A DNA stretch of 20,324 nucleotides, the filler included, from Trichodelitschia bisporula (Eukaryota), in assembly GCA_010356995.1 (NCBI GenBank). It is 11 parts of 11 records of this genome, joined end to end, with 100 filler letters (N's around TTAATTAATTAA, not from the genome) between each part and the next. Parts side by side here need not be neighbours in the genome. Positions count along the whole stretch, not along the records: positions 17,904 to 19,116 come from ML996729.1; positions 19,217 to 20,324 come from ML996730.1; 9 more parts are not named here. One strand, written 5' to 3'. Positions 18,790 through 20,324 of the stretch are shown piece by piece (position 1 is the stretch's first letter; the number at the start of each line of letters is the position of its first letter). The translations under genes and the position numbers were made by a program. The notes beneath the pieces are model-generated. The model was given only the letters and a program-made list of their open reading frames with translations, was not told the origin of the DNA and did no database searches.

Positions 18790-19116
18790 CTATGCGGACT
18801 GGCCGTAGCCGGTGCCGGTTGGAACCGACTCATAGCCAGTCCCGCTCGGAGCCGAATTCCCATAGCCTGTGCCTGTCGGAGCAGGCACGCCATAGCCAAT
18901 GCCGACGGCCGGTGGCCCAGAGTCAGCTCCTGTCGGAGCTTACCTATAGCCATTGCCATTAGCGGACAGCCCGTCACCAGTTCCGGCCCCACTGGGCTAT
19001 TAATAACCAGTCCCCGGCCCGCCGTCGCCGCCGGCATATAGAGCCGCAGCCACGGGACATTTCTTCGGGGCGTGCCGCCGCCGACACGCAGAGCAGTACG
19101 GGCGGCGGAGAGCCTA
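18790..19116 (-). pseudogene. Stop-interrupted coding remnant: CCHC-like motif followed by ~10-aa GTGY/APT repeats
   Basis: Manual translation: *ALRRPYCSACRRRHAPKKCPVAAALYAGGDGGPGTGY**PSGAGTGDGLSANGNGYR*APTGADSGPPAVGIGYGVPAPTGTGYGNSAPSGTGYESVPTGTGYGQSA*. CATAGCC recurs at 18831, 18861 and 18891 on the plus strand. Confidence 0.65.
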
Positions 19117-20324
19117 NNNNNNNNNNNNNNNNNNNNNNNNNNNNNNNNNNNNNNNNNNNNTTAATTAATTAANNNNNNNNNNNNNNNNNNNNNNNNNNNN
19201 NNNNNNNNNNNNNNNNGCTGTTGCTTGGAAACGGAGCGACGTTTGCACGGGGCACGGTCAGCACGGTGTGAGTGGGAGGGTCGCGAACACGGGGAACCCG
19301 CGCCGGGCATCCTGCTCAGCAGCGCCTTCTTCAATATTGTGACGAATGCCGTCTGTTGGGCCAAACCCGCCCCACTTCTCGGGGCGAAGGGGTCGAGGGA
19401 CCAAGCTTGCCGGAGGCGCGCCGAGGGAAATGTCAGTATGCTCGGAAATGGTTGAACTGGCTCACGGCCGTGACGAAGGTGATTACCTCGGGTGGACCAG
19501 ACCGTCATTAAGGTATGCTCCCGCAAGTGAACGCTACGACGACAGTTTGGCGCGTGCAACCGCCCACGCCTCTGCCTTGGGCGCATGCGTTTCTGCTGCG
19601 CCCGCCTTTCCTGCCGGCGGTCCTGCTGGCGGGGGCCGATATCTCGCAGCAGTGGTGTCTGGCTCACTGCGCTCCGGCGCGCAGAACCCTAGCTGCTAAC
19701 CTGTGCTCCGGAGACCGAGATACGCGGCCCGGCGGGTGTGAAGCTGAGCGGTTGCAATGTCAGCGGGAGGGCCATAGCCGCTGAACGGGACCGGAACTTA
19801 GCAAGCCAGCTGTATCCCGAGTCTGCCATGATAGCGCCGCCCACAGCGCGACGGCCGGTATGAAGCGGCGATGCGATGGATTTGGTTGCGGGTGGCTCGG
19901 GCGGCTCGGCGAGAAGGGGAATGAAGCTCCTCAACCAAGGACCATCGGCTGGGGGAGGGACGACCGCAAGCGGTGCGAGGATACCTCGCGTCGACGATGC
20001 TGCACGAGGGCCACTGGCGACAGGCAATCATCGGCAGCGCACTGATGCCTGATGCCGGCAGGACACGCATTTTGATTGAGATACTTGCCGCAGCTCGAAG
20101 CTGCGTGACTACGCCGCCGTTGATACCGACGGAGACCGAAAGCACACAAGAGGGAAAGCGAGGTGCGAGCACTGCGGATGCTAGAGCGGTGGCCTAGAGT
20201 ACATAGGTGCAGCCAGCCATTGATGGGCCAAAAATCCGAGAGCGTCCGCATGGCTCGAGGCGCTTGTGTGTGCTAGCCAGTGCACGGCGATCGCTTCACG
20301 AAGCTTGCCTGGTACGACAAATTC

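Noticed and set aside
18790..19116. Alternative genetic code (TAA/TAG = Gln) contaminant
   Set aside because: The context is GC-rich and fungal, and RIP explains the same pattern more simply.
19217..20207. Short GC-rich ORFs in the last contig
   Set aside because: No recognisable motif or consistent frame; left unannotated.

Overview
This window is not one locus. It is 11 short contigs from a filamentous ascomycete (Pezizomycotina-like genes, GT..CTRAY..AG introns). They are ordered by decreasing length and joined by an artificial 100-nt spacer (44 N + TTAATTAATTAA + 44 N). Contigs: 1-2818, 2919-5661, 5762-7657, 7758-9555, 9656-11424, 11525-13279, 13380-14873, 14974-16448, 16549-17803, 17904-19116, 19217-20324. 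The content is typical of repeat-rich unplaced sequence: at least three Ty1/copia families (called A, B and C here), two fungal NLR fragments (NACHT-WD40 and NB-ARC-TPR) and several pseudogenes. The copia material includes an uninterrupted 778-codon gag-PR-IN frame at 2335->2 that the ORF track misses. The most informative contig is 11525-13279. There, a DUF3435 tyrosine recombinase (Starship captain-like) gene is interrupted by copia B. Copia B is interrupted by copia A, and A's 3' LTR carries a same-family solo LTR with a perfect 5-bp TSD. Other points of note are Ty5/copia-type half-tRNA(iMet) primer sites, an RT-deleted copia derivative, and a hidden zinc-knuckle plus GTGY-repeat frame broken only by TAA/TAG codons (RIP-like). 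All family assignments come from motif recognition by eye; no searches were run.
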